Shown: piece after piece, positions 44,901-57,587 of the stretch
Layout of the letters: each line of letters starts with the position of its first letter
Numbering within the stretch: the stretch's first letter is position 1
Assembly (NCBI RefSeq): GCF_028641065.1
Contig: NC_073407.1
Coordinates: 20,088,001-20,152,000 of the forward strand
Direction of reading: 5' to 3'
DNA: 64,000 bases
Source of the DNA: Leucoraja erinacea
Taxonomy: Eukaryota
Position numbers and translations under genes: made by a program
The notes under the pieces: generated by a model
What the model was told of the DNA's origin: nothing
What the model saw: only the letters and a program-made list of their open reading frames with translations
The model's database searches: none

Positions 44901-46497
44901 GTTATACTCTACATAATTTATACTGGGCTTTTGTGTGTTCAAATGGATTCTTAAAGCCTTAGCAAATGCTCCTCCATTCTATGAGGTCTTGAATCTGATT
45001 TTCTCATAAATTGTGGGAAGGAGTAGTGTCTAATCCAGGTTTCAGGTGGTGGACAAGCGATGGAGCCTGCCCAATCGAGCCAGCACTGTAAATAGGGCTT
45101 CAGAGCTAGGAATGTTGGGCTGGAGGGGGATACTAACGTTGGTCTGTCCGGTTTTGTGCAGTCTCTGCAGTCTGGTGGAGCGCGTCTCCAACAACAAATT
45201 CCTCGGGGTACACATCTCGGAGGATCTGTCCTGGTCCCTCAACACCTCCAAGCTGATCAAAAAGGCGCAGCAGCGCCTTTACTTCCTGAGGAGGCTCAAG
45301 AAAGCTCACCTGTCCCCCCAGATCCTGACCAACTTTTACCGCTGTACCATCGAAAGCATCCTGACCACCTACTTCATGGTATGGTACAGCAGTTGCACCG
45401 TAGCAGACAGGAAGGTACTACAATGGGTGGTGAAAACATCAGTACATCATCGGTGCCCCGCTCCCTGCCATGGATGCCCTCCACCGAAAACGGTGTCTGA
45501 GACGGGCCGGGAAGATCATCAAAGACCCCTCCCACCCCAACCATGGACCCATCAGGGAGGCGGTACAGGAGCCTCAGGTCTCGTACTAGTAGGATGAGGA
45601 ACAGCTTCTACAACAACACTATCACACTGCTGAACTCGGAGTCCCACCGATAGATTTCTCCAGTCTCTCCGTCCACATTGTTTACTTACTCTGTATTTTT
45701 ATTTCTATATTGCACTATTACTATGGACTGACGCTAAACTGCATTTCGTTGTACCCATACTTGTATTTGTGCAATGACACTAAAGTTGAATTGAATTGAA
45801 TAACACCTCTTCAGTGCTTTGAAGAGCTTACTGTAGGCTAATTAGGATCAGAGGTGAATTGTAGTAAATACCCAAAGGGCTTGACTAAGTAGGAATGAGG
45901 TATAGATACCTCCCTGGCTGGAGCATCTTAAACTAAAGGGCACTGTCTCAAAAGAAGAGTGTTGGTCATGCAGGTAAGATAATATTTTCCTTCAGCCAGA
46001 GAGCATAGAATCTTTGGAAGGTAGACAAAAATGCTGGAGAAACTCAGCGGGTGAGACAGCATCTATGGAGCGAAGGGAATAGGCAACGTTTCGGGTCGAG
46101 ACCCTTCTTCATGCTGAATGCTGCCTCACCCGCTGAGTTTCTCCAGCATTGTGTCTACCTATGTTCTCCCCGTGATCCGAGTGGGTTTTCTCCGGGTGCT
46201 CTGGTTTCCTCCCACACTCCAAAGACGTGCAGGTTTCTAGGCTAAGTGACTTGGTATAAATGTAAAATTGTCCCTAGTGCGTGTAGGATAGCGTTAGTGT
46301 GCAGGGATCGCAGGTCGGCGTGGACTTGGTGGGTCTGTTTTCACGCTGTGTCTCTAAACTAAACGACCCACGGACATGTTGGACCCACTGACGGCCTCAC
46401 CCGTTCTGTGCAGGAAGAGAATCAACGTCACCGCCCAGGTGAGCGCCACGTGACCGGCCCGCACAGCGAAGCCGGCGGACAGAACCTTCCGGAACAT
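41940..46497 (-). CDS. ZDHHC12: Palmitoyltransferase ZDHHC12, about 272 aa, 5 exons
   Basis: Exons 46497-46401 ([30 protein letters not shown]), 44366-44230 (SLMDPGYV), 43365-43264 (RRCGYC), 42515 or 42518-42349 ([28 protein letters not shown]), 42255-41940 ([15 protein letters not shown]). All junctions are GT-AG and in phase. Confidence 0.95.
44470..44780 (+). mobile_element. CR1 LINE 3' end
   Basis: [19 protein letters not shown]-like sequence plus 3' UTR. Confidence 0.8.
45172..45801 (+). mobile_element. Rex1-like LINE 3' end
   Basis: [20 protein letters not shown]...[13 protein letters not shown]; (ttgaa)n tail. Confidence 0.88.
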
Positions 46498-46750
46498 TCC
46501 AGAGCAAACGCCGGCTCGCCGACCTCGCGTCCCGGCGGCGTGGGGCCACCTTCAGCCGCGGCGGGAGCGGAGCGGGCGAAGAGGGACCATCACCGGGGCC
46601 GGGAGCGGAGAACAGCCCGCAGTCAGCGCCGCGTCCCCACCCCCCGCCGTCTCCTCGGAGACAGTAACACGGCTGCTCATTGGTGGCGACGCCCCGTTTG
46701 GTTGGAGGTAAGATCAGTCCCGGGATCTGCGCTGCCGCCGGGGACTGGAT
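46370..46750 (-). promoter_or_regulatory. CpG island / ZDHHC12 promoter and 5' UTR
   Basis: Very CpG-rich; minus-strand CCAAT at 46679-46683. Confidence 0.7.
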
Positions 46751-46902
46751 CTGAAAATATTATAAACAGAACTGGGACTTGATTAACGAAATAGGTTCTC
46801 ATCTAGTTTTAAAGGGGAGAAATGCTGCAAAAATGTTTGGGGAACATGAGCAGCTCCAGAATAAGAAATACAAAGAATTCGTGGTAAAACCAAACTAAGA
46901 GG

Positions 46903-47802
46903 CAAAGATCCTATAGCCGCTATAGTAGCAATGTTACAAAATTTTGAGATTTTAAAAATCAAGTCTGCAATTTATCCCATCAGATAAAGCATAACAATAA
47001 GTTTAATTTGACACCAAATTCACTTTCATATCTCAAGTATTAAAAAAGTTATGACCATTTTCATACTCGGAAATTAGCATCTTGTTCCCTATTGATTTTC
47101 AATGGGCATTACAAAAAAGCTGTGATCTTAGATAGTCAAAAGCACATTTCTTAAGGAAAGATTAACATTTTTAAATAGCCTAAGTGTCCAAAGATTATTC
47201 ACAAATAATTCACAATATAACATGATTTTTATATCTAATTTACATTAATTTATAGGCCAAATGGAAGGAATTTAGTGTTCAATTGCTGTAAATAAATGCC
47301 CATTTAAATCGGTTTTCTAGTGGGTTCATGTGGAACGCGCTGGTTTAGAATGTTGACAGCGCGCTGGATTAGTGCCCTCAAATGCCGAGAAAAATACTGG
47401 GGGATATAAAAAGCCCAAAATGAGCTACTCGCTATAGAAAATTATAATTATAGGGTTATATACATGCCCCATTTAATGTAAAAATAAGGTACATACCTTT
47501 AATTGTTTGCTTTATAAAACCCTGGGGCTGCCAGAGCTTGCGAACTGAACGAGAGCTTTTAAATTTATTATATCTACTCTTCGAGGCCTATAAAACTAAT
47601 AATAGCTTTTGGGACCGGGTCTTGCAGCGATTCTCCGTTAATGATTTACTAGGCTGAACATCTGCGATTGGAACAGCCTAGTAAAAATCGGGTTTTAAAC
47701 CCGCCCCCTCCAAACAGCTCCAAAATCACACACAAGGGGAGGTGCAGATGCTCAGCCACGATTCAGGTACGTTTTGTAACATACCTAGCTATAGGATCTT
47801 TG
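46903..47802. mobile_element. Non-autonomous DNA transposon(s) with nested inverted termini
   Basis: Outer IR caaagatcctatagc (46903-46917) / gctataggatctttg (47788-47802); inner IR tagcaatgttacaaaa / ttttgtaacataccta. No ORF and no clean TSD. Confidence 0.65.
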
Positions 47803-50534
47803 CTCGAGGTACCAAGATTTCTCTCTCCGTCCCTACCCCTAGTTCTCCGATTAGTTTCACTGCCCCCCTGATTAAATTTACTGATTGCATCCTTCCTTGT
47901 CAGCTTTCCCTCAGCTAATAATGAACCATTCTACATTTCTTTATAAGCATCTGCTTTGATCTGTCGTTTTCACACCTTACCCCTCCATATCTCTGGTCTC
48001 CTTCTCCCCTGACTCTATCTAAAGAAGGGTCTCCACCCGAAACGTCACCTATTCCTTCTCTCCAGAGATGCTGCCTGGCTCGCTGTTACTCCAGCATTTT
48101 GTGTCTGTCTTATATTGTAAATAGAACTGGGACTTGATTAACAACAGGGTTTCTCATCTGGTTTTAAAGGGGAAAATGGCGCAAAGGTGTTTCGGGAAGA
48201 TTACCAGCACCAGAATAAGAAATACAAAGATTTTTGGTGAAACCGAACTAAGAAGGACCAAGATGTGTGTGCTCCAAACCAAAGTGTATTAGACTAGTTT
48301 AGGGGTAATTAACTACATCTGATCGTGATGTTATTTCTTTACAAAGGGTCATGAATAGGTTCACAATATGTGCCAGTACAAGGTGCAGAAATGGTTAAGA
48401 GCATTTGCAGTGCTGAAAAGTTTGAGATTAGTTTATTGTCAAGTGTACAGAGGTACATACAGTGAAAAGCTTTTGTTGCGTGCTAACCAGTCAGTGGAGA
48501 GACAATACATGATTACAATTGAGCCATCCACAGTGTACAGATACGTGATAAAGGGAATAAGGAATAACATTTAGTGCAAGAAAAATGTCCAGTATTGTCC
48601 GTTCAAAGATAGTCCGAGGATCTCCAAAGAGGTAGATAGTAGTTCAGGAGTGAAGAAGGGTCTTGACCCACAAGGCCTTCTGTCCAGAGATGCTGCCTGT
48701 GATTGTGATGTTATTGCTTAAAAAAAGGGCCAGGAATAGGTTCATAATATGTGCCAGTACAAGTTGTCAACTCTGGGTACATGAGTCAGAATCTATTTGA
48801 GATAATCATTCATTATCAATCCCTTCAGCTTCCTCCTTTAACTCTGGGACTATGTCAGATTCTCAGGGAATGAATGTAATGGATTCTACAGGGAATATCA
48901 GGATGACGTATATAGATAAGCATCAATAAATGAAATATGAAATTTTATTTTAAGTTGTAAGAACTTTACATTGTTCCATTTCTGTATTGAAAACATAGTC
49001 AAGTTACAAAGTCTTCTAATAAAATGAATATTAAATATTTGGTCATAGTATTGTTTATCACCCAAGTTCCTCTGCAAATCATTCAACACCAAAAACCTCC
49101 ACGTGATTTTTCATTTCATCCATCCAAAAATATAATTTTTGCTCAAATACCCAATAATGCGAGATGGCATCCTGGTAAAACTTGCAGTGTAAGTGACAAA
49201 CAGTGGTATTTCAAACATTGGTGAGCAAAAACTGCTGTAGACAGGAAATTCTATTTTAAAACCCTTCAGTACAGAAGGGTATCACTTGGCCTATTACGTC
49301 TTTTGTGTTTTACTTTCAAAGCACACTAATCCATTTAGCTCATCTTCCTCTACTATTTGCTACAGCTTTATCCCTTTCCATGTATTTATCCAATTCCTTT
49401 TTGAATCGTATTCCAGAGCCATTTCAGTCAATATCACAAAGGTTTAGACTTCAGTGCACACTTAGAAGTGGTGAAATATTGGATGAGTTATCTTTTTTGA
49501 AGAGGCATTAAACACAGGCCCCATCCACACTGCCAAGCAAATGTTAGAGTCCAGGGCATTATTTTGAACAGGAAGGAGAATGGCTATTCCCCCTGTCCTC
49601 GCTAATATTTATCCCTCAAATCCAATAGACACTATTTGATCATTGCATTGTACTTTGGGGGATAGCTTGCTACTTCAAAATTGGATGCCATAATTCTCAC
49701 AAAAGTACATTAAATGTAGTTCTTTGGCTATAAACCATTGTGGTTCACCAGAGGCTATCAAAAAGGCCTTGTCATTGCTAATCCTTTTTACATTAAAAAA
49801 ATTAAATACAATCATTGCCACCACCACTTTGTTCCTCTAACCAATTTCCTGGGTGATGAGTAAGGAATAGTCTTTCAATAACCAAGTATCATAAAGAGCA
49901 ATGTGATAATGACCGTATATCTTTTTTTAAATACAACTGAGTGAGGGATGAATATTGGCGAGCACCAGAGAGAATTCCCCAGTTCTTTAGCTACCTGAGG
50001 AGGTCAAGGAAAGAGCGTTCACGGCACAGCCCTGTTTCCACCAATCTTTCCACCACCAAGCACAAGAAGCGCAAGACAGACACCATTGTATGCAGATGCC
50101 GAGAAGTGTGTTCAGCTCTGGCTGAACAACTTTTAATCTTGTGTGTGGACTCGATAAGAAGAAGAAGCTACCTGAGAAGTCAGGTTCAATGTCTCTGAAA
50201 ACCTGTGCCTCCAATCGCACTACAGTTCTTCTTAATGGGACTAAGAATGTTAGTCCATTCAGGGTTCGGACCTCAAAGCTAAGGCTTGAACCTGTGATCT
50301 GACAGGGAATGAAACTTGATTGACTTTTATTGTAACGTAAACAAAATGGGAATGTAGTTTGATACTTGCGCTATTGAACCTGGTGCAAAACAAAGACCCT
50401 TTGGAACAATAAATCTGGAAAATGAGGAACGGTCAGTGCATGAGCAGGAACGTGTTGGGTGCCTTGAATTCCTCATCCATGCCCCTTCCAGATCGCAGAC
50501 AGAAGGGGATATGTGAGTTGAGGATTTGGGGCTA

Positions 50535-53500
50535 TTACCAAGCACACGACATCTCAGATGCAGCATCACTATTACGGCGGGTTCTTGTTGGGGACCATCC
50601 CATTTCTGAACGGGTGTCATCTGTGTTTGTCAACTTTGGCCAGCGGCTGTAGCGTTTGGTGGATTGCTTATTATTCCAAATCCGTGGTTTTGTGTTCATC
50701 TGAAACATAACATCATATTTAACACTTGCCCTCTGAAGAGACTTATGAAAGCAAAGTAGACTGCAATTTAGAAATGTCATTGTATCTATATTTATTTTCC
50801 ATTCATAATGCTAATGGACCAAAATAATTCAGTTGTGTATATTGCACAATATCAAAGACTGGTCATGCTTTCATTTCTCTGCTACCATCGGGAACAGGAT
50901 ACAGGAGCCTGAAAACTGACCACCAGCTTAAAGAGCAGCTTCTTCCCAGCAACCATCAGATTTCTGAACACTGCACAACTCTAACCTCAGCAACGATAAT
51001 CTTCTATTGACAGTATATTTGGTTGCACAATGGACTTCATTTTTTATATTATCATGGTAACCAAGTACTACGGTTGTTAAGTTATTGTATTTTTGATTAT
51101 TATATATTTACATGAGTTATTGCATTTTCAGGCCTGTTAAACTGCAGCAAGAAATAATTTCATTATTCCATTATAGGTATATATGACAATTAAACATACT
51201 GACTTGAACTCTTGTTATAAATATATATGCATGTATACATTGGAGCTCAATTTTTAAGTAGAAACAAAAGTAGGCAATTTGATGGCCTTGAACATGCTTC
51301 ACCATTTAGTAAAATCCTCCACCTCAATTCTACATTCCTGTCTAATCCCTATTTCTCAGCCCTGAATATATTCAGCGATGCTTTCTGAAAGTCCAGGTAC
51401 ACTACATCCACTGGCTCTCCCTTGTCCATATTCCTAGTTACATCTTCAAAAAATTCCAGAAGATTAGTCAAGCATGATTTCCCCTTCGTAAATCCATGCT
51501 GACTCGGACCGATCCTGTTATTGCTATCCAAATGTGCGGCTATCTCATCTTTTATAATTGACTCCAGCATCTTCCCCACCACCGATGTCAGGCTAACTGG
51601 TCTATAATTCCCCGTTTTCTTTCTCCCGCCTTTCTTAAAAATTAATATTACAATGTAGAGTATGTGTATAATGTGTTATGTATGTTGCATTATACAGATC
51701 TAATGTCTAAAAGCTAGATATTCTGAAGCAATTCAGACATGCAGTGAGGTATGTGGATTACATTTCTAGCTAGCTGATCTTATCTTATTAATTCCTATTT
51801 AAAAAATTGCTTATATTGTTATAGGAGTGTGGTGCGAGTGGATTTTTCTAAATGGAACTTCTACCTTGGGTTGTAAACCTAACTTGTGATATATTATGTA
51901 GATAAAAAATAGTTTTACCTGTGGGCTTTGAACACTACAACACCACTACTACTTCAAAAAACTAAGATGGTCTATGGACTGTGTATTTTGTTTGCACTAC
52001 TAACTTTGGTTTTGCACAATTATGACTATCCAGTATTACTGTTATTAACTGATTGCATTATTGATTATTCTATATTTATTGTGGTATTGCCTTAATGGTC
52101 CTGTTAAACTGCAGCAACTTTACCGCTGCACTGCAGCACCGCCCCAAATATTTAAAAATCTTAACTTTATACCTTAACTTTGACAACATAATTTTCTCTA
52201 ACCTGTACAAAGACTGCAGTGTTCATCTGAAGTGTCTCCATTCGTTCGTTCATTCTTGCCAGCCAGTCCCCATGGTCCATGATCAGCAGCTTTAGGTCAT
52301 CATTGGACTCTTGGATAAAATCAAACCCAATCTCGCTGCTGGGTGATACAGCCTGAATCCAGGAAAACACAAAACACGTTTCAAACATGGTTCTACCCTG
52401 ATCTGACACTTTAGTTTAATTTAGATACAGCGTGGACACAGGCCCTTCAGCCCACGCCGGCCAGCGATCGCCGCATACACTGGCACTATACTGCACGCTA
52501 GGGCCAATTTACAATCTTTACCAAAGCCAATTAACCTACAATCCTGCACATCTTTGGAGTGTGGGAGGAAACCGGAGCACCTGGAGAACATTCACGTACA
52601 AACTCCGTACAGACAGCACCCGTAGTCTCTGGTGCTGTAAGGGAGCAACTCTACTGTTGTGCCACCGTGCCGCAACACATAGTTGGAGCATCACCAACAC
52701 GTGGTTCCTACTACATCACCATTTCAACTACTCAGCATAATCATCTTCAACCCCTGAGATAATTTCGGGTGATACAATACATTATCTGCATTATTTGTCT
52801 GCAAATTCAATAATAACATTCAGAAAATACACCAGGTGGGGCAGTATGATGGCAAACTCGCTAATCGTCTTTCTCGCCCTTTTCTTCTTTTGTTGTTTTT
52901 AGTCTTGTTAAATGTATGTTTTAGTGTATCTTTAGTTTTGTATTATGTGGGGGGTGGAACATTTTTAATCTCTTTCCTCGACGGAGATGCGGCCTAACAT
53001 CGAGGAGCTGGCGGCCTCTTGCTGGGGACCAATTTCAGGAGCTCCAACCACGGGAGCCTGCAGACTTAACATTGTGGAGTTCGCGGTCCCTTGGTTAGGG
53101 TCTGACTTCGAGTTCCAACCGCCATAGCTTCGACCGCCCCGATCGTGGGAGCTTCGATCACCGGCTGCGGAGTTTCGAACACCCCGACTGCGGATGGTTC
53201 GACTGCCCCGTCCGCGGGAGAATAAGGAGGAACGAAGATAAGACTGTATTGCCTTCCATCACAGTGAAGAATGTGGGAGAGCGCTGTGGTGAATATTTAT
53301 GTTAACTTTTATGTAGTTGTGTGTCTTGTTGCATTTTTGGTATGGCTGTATGGCAAATCAAATTCCTTGTATGTTTTTAAATACTTGGCTAATAAATTAA
53401 AGACAAAAAGAATTGGATCAATAATAAAGTAAAAAATATCCTTAGCCTTGTAGAAAGAACAAAGGGGTGATGCTGCCTGGATACATTTCCATGGAGCTGG

Positions 53501-54384
53501 CATGGACAAAGTGAGCTGAATGGGCTCTATGTATTCAACTATATTCTATGACTCTATAATCCAATTATTTTAAATATGATGTACGCTTTGCCACTCCTCG
53601 GCTCCCTCTTGAAAGTAGGCACAAGGACAGCATGCACAGCGCCAGAAAATGGTTGCTTTACTGAAGGTGGCTCAAGGATTAACATTGGTCCGGATATTCG
53701 TTACAACTCCACAGTTCTTTTTCAATACTGTGCTGTGGTTTCCTTCCACCTGATGAGGCACCTCAGCCCAATGTCTTATTAAAAGATGGGAACATCTCAG
53801 CTTAATGCCTTAATGAAGAATGGGGATTGATCTGGACTGCATTGGTGTGTTCTTGGTCCTTGAAAGGGGCTTAAACACCAAACATTCTGTCTTGGGTAAT
53901 TATGCCACTGACATTAAATTGTATCCTAACTTGAGTGATTCCGACCCAATTAGACTATAAAAATACTGGCAATTATGTTCATTAATAAAATTAATACTGT
54001 CATCCTGTAGAATAAGGAATCAAATTCATGCTTTTGGAGCTTTGCAATGGTTCAGGTTTATTATTGTCACATGTACAGTGAAAAGCTTTGATTTGTATGC
54101 TATCCAATCAGATCAGATAAAACTATTCATAAATACAATCAAGTTAAAAATTCAAATATAATAGGTAGAGCAAAGGGGAAGATGCAGGGTGTGATTCTTC
54201 ACTTGTTCCACCACAGGATTGAAGTAAACTGTGGTCAGTAATGTAAAAAAAATTAAGTGCATGCTACCTCAGCGATGGAAAGTCGCAAGTGTTCCAATTT
54301 GTCGATCTGGTTCCTTAGCCGATCCTCCAGATCTTTCATCAGAGCCAAATTTTCATCAGTCTTCAGATTTTCCCTCTGAGACAT
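50535..54384 (-). CDS. Uncharacterised coiled-coil protein, about 154 aa, 3 coding exons
   Basis: Exons 54384-54268 (MSQRENLKTDENLALMKDLEDRLRNQIDKLEHLRLSIAE), 52352-52203 (AVSPSSEIGFDF...MNERMETLQMNTAVFVQ) and 50732-50535 (RASVKY...RRNSDAASEMSCAW*). All introns are phase 0 with pyrimidine-rich AG acceptors and GT donors. Confidence 0.72.
51375..51640 (-). mobile_element. CR1 RT fragment
   Basis: QHGFTKGKSCLTNLLEFFEDVT...VYLDFQKA. Confidence 0.9.
52410..52675 (-). mobile_element. tRNA-derived SINE (HE1-like)
   Basis: Reverse strand shows the head gcggcacggtggcacaacagtagagttgct and a (taaac)n tail. Confidence 0.75.
52835..53400 (+). repeat. Unclassified CpG-rich element with internal tandem subrepeats of about 23 nt
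   Basis: Repeated units of type agcttcgaccgccccgatcgtggg at about 53105-53220; ends in ...ggctaataaa. Confidence 0.5.
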
Positions 54385-54656
54385 CACGATGACCTGCAGG
54401 AGGCTGCAAACGAAGTAACTGAATATTGTTCAAAAGCTCTTATGTCTGAAATGTTGGCTACAATTTTAGATACCATCTCCATTTTGACCTCTTTTTCTCT
54501 GGCATAAACGTGAAAGAGACCAAAGCATGTCAGAATTGACCAGTTCTGATGACAGGTTAGAACTGAAGCTTGTTTTTATCTCTTCACAGATAATGTATGA
54601 CTTGCTGAGTATTTCAAACACTTTCTGATTTTATTTCAAATTGTCACCGTCACACC

Positions 54657-55175
54657 ATAGCATAGAAGCATAGAAACATAGAAATTAGGTGCAGGAGTAG
54701 GCCATTCGCCCCTTCGAGCCTGCACCGCCATTCAATATGATCATGGCTGATCATCCATCTCAGTATCCCGTACCTGCCTTCTCTCCATACCCCCTGATCC
54801 CCTTAGCCACAAGGGCCACATCTAACTCCCTCTTAAATATAGCCATTGAACTGGCCTCAACTACCCTCTGTGGCAGAGAGTTCCAGAGATTCACCACTCT
54901 CTGTGTGAAAAAAGTTCTTCTCATCTCGGTTTTAAAGGATTTCCCCTTTATCCTTAAGCTGTGACCCCTTGTCCTGGACTTCCCTAACATCGGGAACAAT
55001 CTTCCTGCATCTAGCCTGTCCAACCCCTTAAGAATTTTGTAAGTTTCTATAAGATCCCCTCTCAATCTCCTAAATTCTAGAGAGTATAAACCAAGTCTAT
55101 CCAGTCTTTCTTCATAAGACAGTCCTGACATCCCAGGAATCAGTCTGGTGACCCGTCTCTGCACTCCCTCTATAG
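54657..55175 (-). mobile_element. Young CR1 LINE 3' end
   Basis: Open 134-aa ORF QRRVTRLIPGMSGLSYEERLDRLGLYSLEFRRLRGDLIETYKI; (ctatgttt)-like tail. Confidence 0.92.
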
Positions 55176-55414
55176 CGTTCTAGAATGGTTGCTATTTTCT
55201 TTGCACTTTTTTTCTCCTCCCCTTGTCCATTTTCAGTCGCCACCGTCGATCTGCAAATAACAAGTACTCACCACCCCTTCCAGCAGGCACTGCCACACAT
55301 CTTTCTGCAGACTCCCGATCTGAACCGTCACCTGTCCATTCCCTCCCCAGATGTTGCCTGACCAACTGAATTCTAACACCACTTTATGTTTTTTAGTGAA
55401 TACAGACCCAGTCT

Positions 55415-56585
55415 CCACCATTTATCTTATTGACCGTCTCCGGTACGGGGTTGGTATTGATGGCACTGCCCTGAGCTGGTTTGTCTGCTACCTCAAATAT
55501 AGGAGTTTCTCTACAAACATAGGCGACTCTTTCTCCTCCCCAGCTAGCCTTTCCTGCGGGGTTCCACAAGGCTCCATCATAGGCCCCATTCTCTTCTCCC
55601 TGAATATGCTCCCCTAAGGCCAAGTCATTCAAAGGCACGGCATTTCTTTCCACTGCTATGCAGACAATACACAGCTCTATCTCCCCCTGAAATCCAACAA
55701 CCGATCAAATCTACTCAGCCTTATGCACTGTCTCGAGGATATAAAGTGTTGGATGGCCCAGAACTTCCTCCAACTAAACGAGAGCAAGTCTGAGGTCATC
55801 CTACTCAGCCCCTCGGACTCCATCAAGACGATAGCAGGCAGCCTTGGAAGCCTTACCCCCTTCAAAAACCTTGGCGTGATATTTGACTCCGTGTTGAAGT
55901 TTGACAAACAAGGTATTGCTTTGGTAAAAGCGAGCTTCTTCCAGCTTCGCACGATCGCTAAAATAAAACCATTCCTCCAATTTGACGACCTCGAAAAGAT
56001 CATCCACACATTTATCTCCTCCCGCCTTGATTACTGCAACTCTCTTTACACTGGCATCAGCCAATCATCCCTGTCCCGCCTGCAATTGGTCCAAAACGTC
56101 GCAGCGAGACTTCTGACGGGCACCCGAAAAAGGGACCACATCACCCCGATTCTGGCCTCTCTCCACTGGCTCCCAGTGCGGTTCAGAATCAATTTCAAGC
56201 TCCTCCTTTATGTATACAAAGCCCTTCACGGGCTTGCCCCCACCTACATCAAAAATCTGCTAACCCACCATACCACCTCCAGGTCCCTCAGGTCGGCCGA
56301 CTTGGGGTTACTGACCATCCCGCGGTCTAGGCATAAGCTCAGGGGCGACCGCGACCTAGACTATGGAACAGCATCCCTCTTCCCATCAGAACTGCCCTGT
56401 CCATCAACTCGCAAGCATTTCTTGAGGTCCTCTGAGGGAACGCTGTATGTATGTATTTAAGTATGTATTGTTGATCTATAAGCCACTGTTTGTAGCACGT
56501 TAGTGCCTGCACTGATGTAAAGCACTTTGGTCAACGAGAGTTGTTTTTAAATGTGCCATAGAAATAAAATTGACTTGACTTGACT
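55415..56585 (+). mobile_element. L2-type LINE 3' half
   Basis: [47 protein letters not shown]; (ttgac)n tail. Confidence 0.92.
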
Positions 56586-57373
56586 TATCCAGCAAGCCCG
56601 TCATCCCAAGAACCAATGTGAAAAGTATATCGGTTTTTAGGTAAGGAGGCTTTTTGACCCTACTTCTCATTATGCGGCTTATTGTACTGTTTCGTTGACT
56701 GGCATATCTATGAAGCACGTTGTGACATTTTACAATAATTTGATTCAGTGGTTTTGTTAAACATCTGGAAGGTGATAACTGCAACAAAGAAAGTGCAATG
56801 CATTTATTAAAAAAAATAATTTACATAACTCTGTTTTTAAAAAAAACTTTAAACAAAAGTTTCTTAAGTGCAGTGATAGGAAATAAAAGGATTTATCGGC
56901 AATAATATTATGGGCAGGAGTTCACAAGGTCGCTTGGTGTTGGTGAATATGCTTGGGTGTCACGATACCTCTTTGCTTGATACAGAGCGAGGGGACGTCA
57001 TAGGTCCTTGCGGAGAGAAAGCGGGGTTTAAAGTCCTAGAGGAAGGACTAGGATTCATTGGGCTCACAGGTGGAAGCTGAATTTTCATGATTACAAGTAC
57101 TGTACTCACGAACACAAACAAATTTTAAAAAGCAAAGTGGTACATTGACTAGAAGTACGAAATAAAAACAGGTAATGCTTTAAACGCTCAGCAGATCGAG
57201 CAACTTCAGTAGAGAGAGAATAAGGGTTACAGTTTCAGGTGGCCTTTCTTATACAACCGTTGCCTGGCTTCTGTCTTCCTCACCCGAGCAAATAAAGATC
57301 AGCTACATTACAAAACACATTATCTGTTATTCAAACAGAAAACTTCAACAACAGGTTACCCTAACGCACTCAC

Positions 57374-57587
57374 CTGTTGGGGGAAGGGGAGTGTGTTATT
57401 TCCTCTGATCGAGACGGCTACTCGTGGTGGTCTTAGATTAGCAATGTCCCGGTCTCTAAAATAGTTCACTGCAATTTGGGCTACAAGTTGAGTCTCCCAG
57501 GGGAATGTGAGGAATTCAACCTCAGTTGGTATTGGAGAAAATCAGGACTGGATACCATGAACGAACCGGATTTAAATGTTTCAATAG
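57374..57587 (-). other. Candidate upstream exon of the uncharacterised gene (5' UTR or disrupted coding)
   Basis: Acceptor ccctttcag at 57588-57589 and strong donor CAG|gtgagt at 57374/57373, in frame with the exon starting at 54393. Confidence 0.45.

Noticed and set aside
46408-46782. 124-aa plus-strand ORF over the ZDHHC12 CpG island
   Set aside because: GTG start and low stop frequency from high GC; no recognisable domain.
53105-53220. Regularly spaced short repeats resembling a CRISPR array
   Set aside because: Eukaryotic context, degenerate head-to-tail units without unique spacers, and no cas genes.
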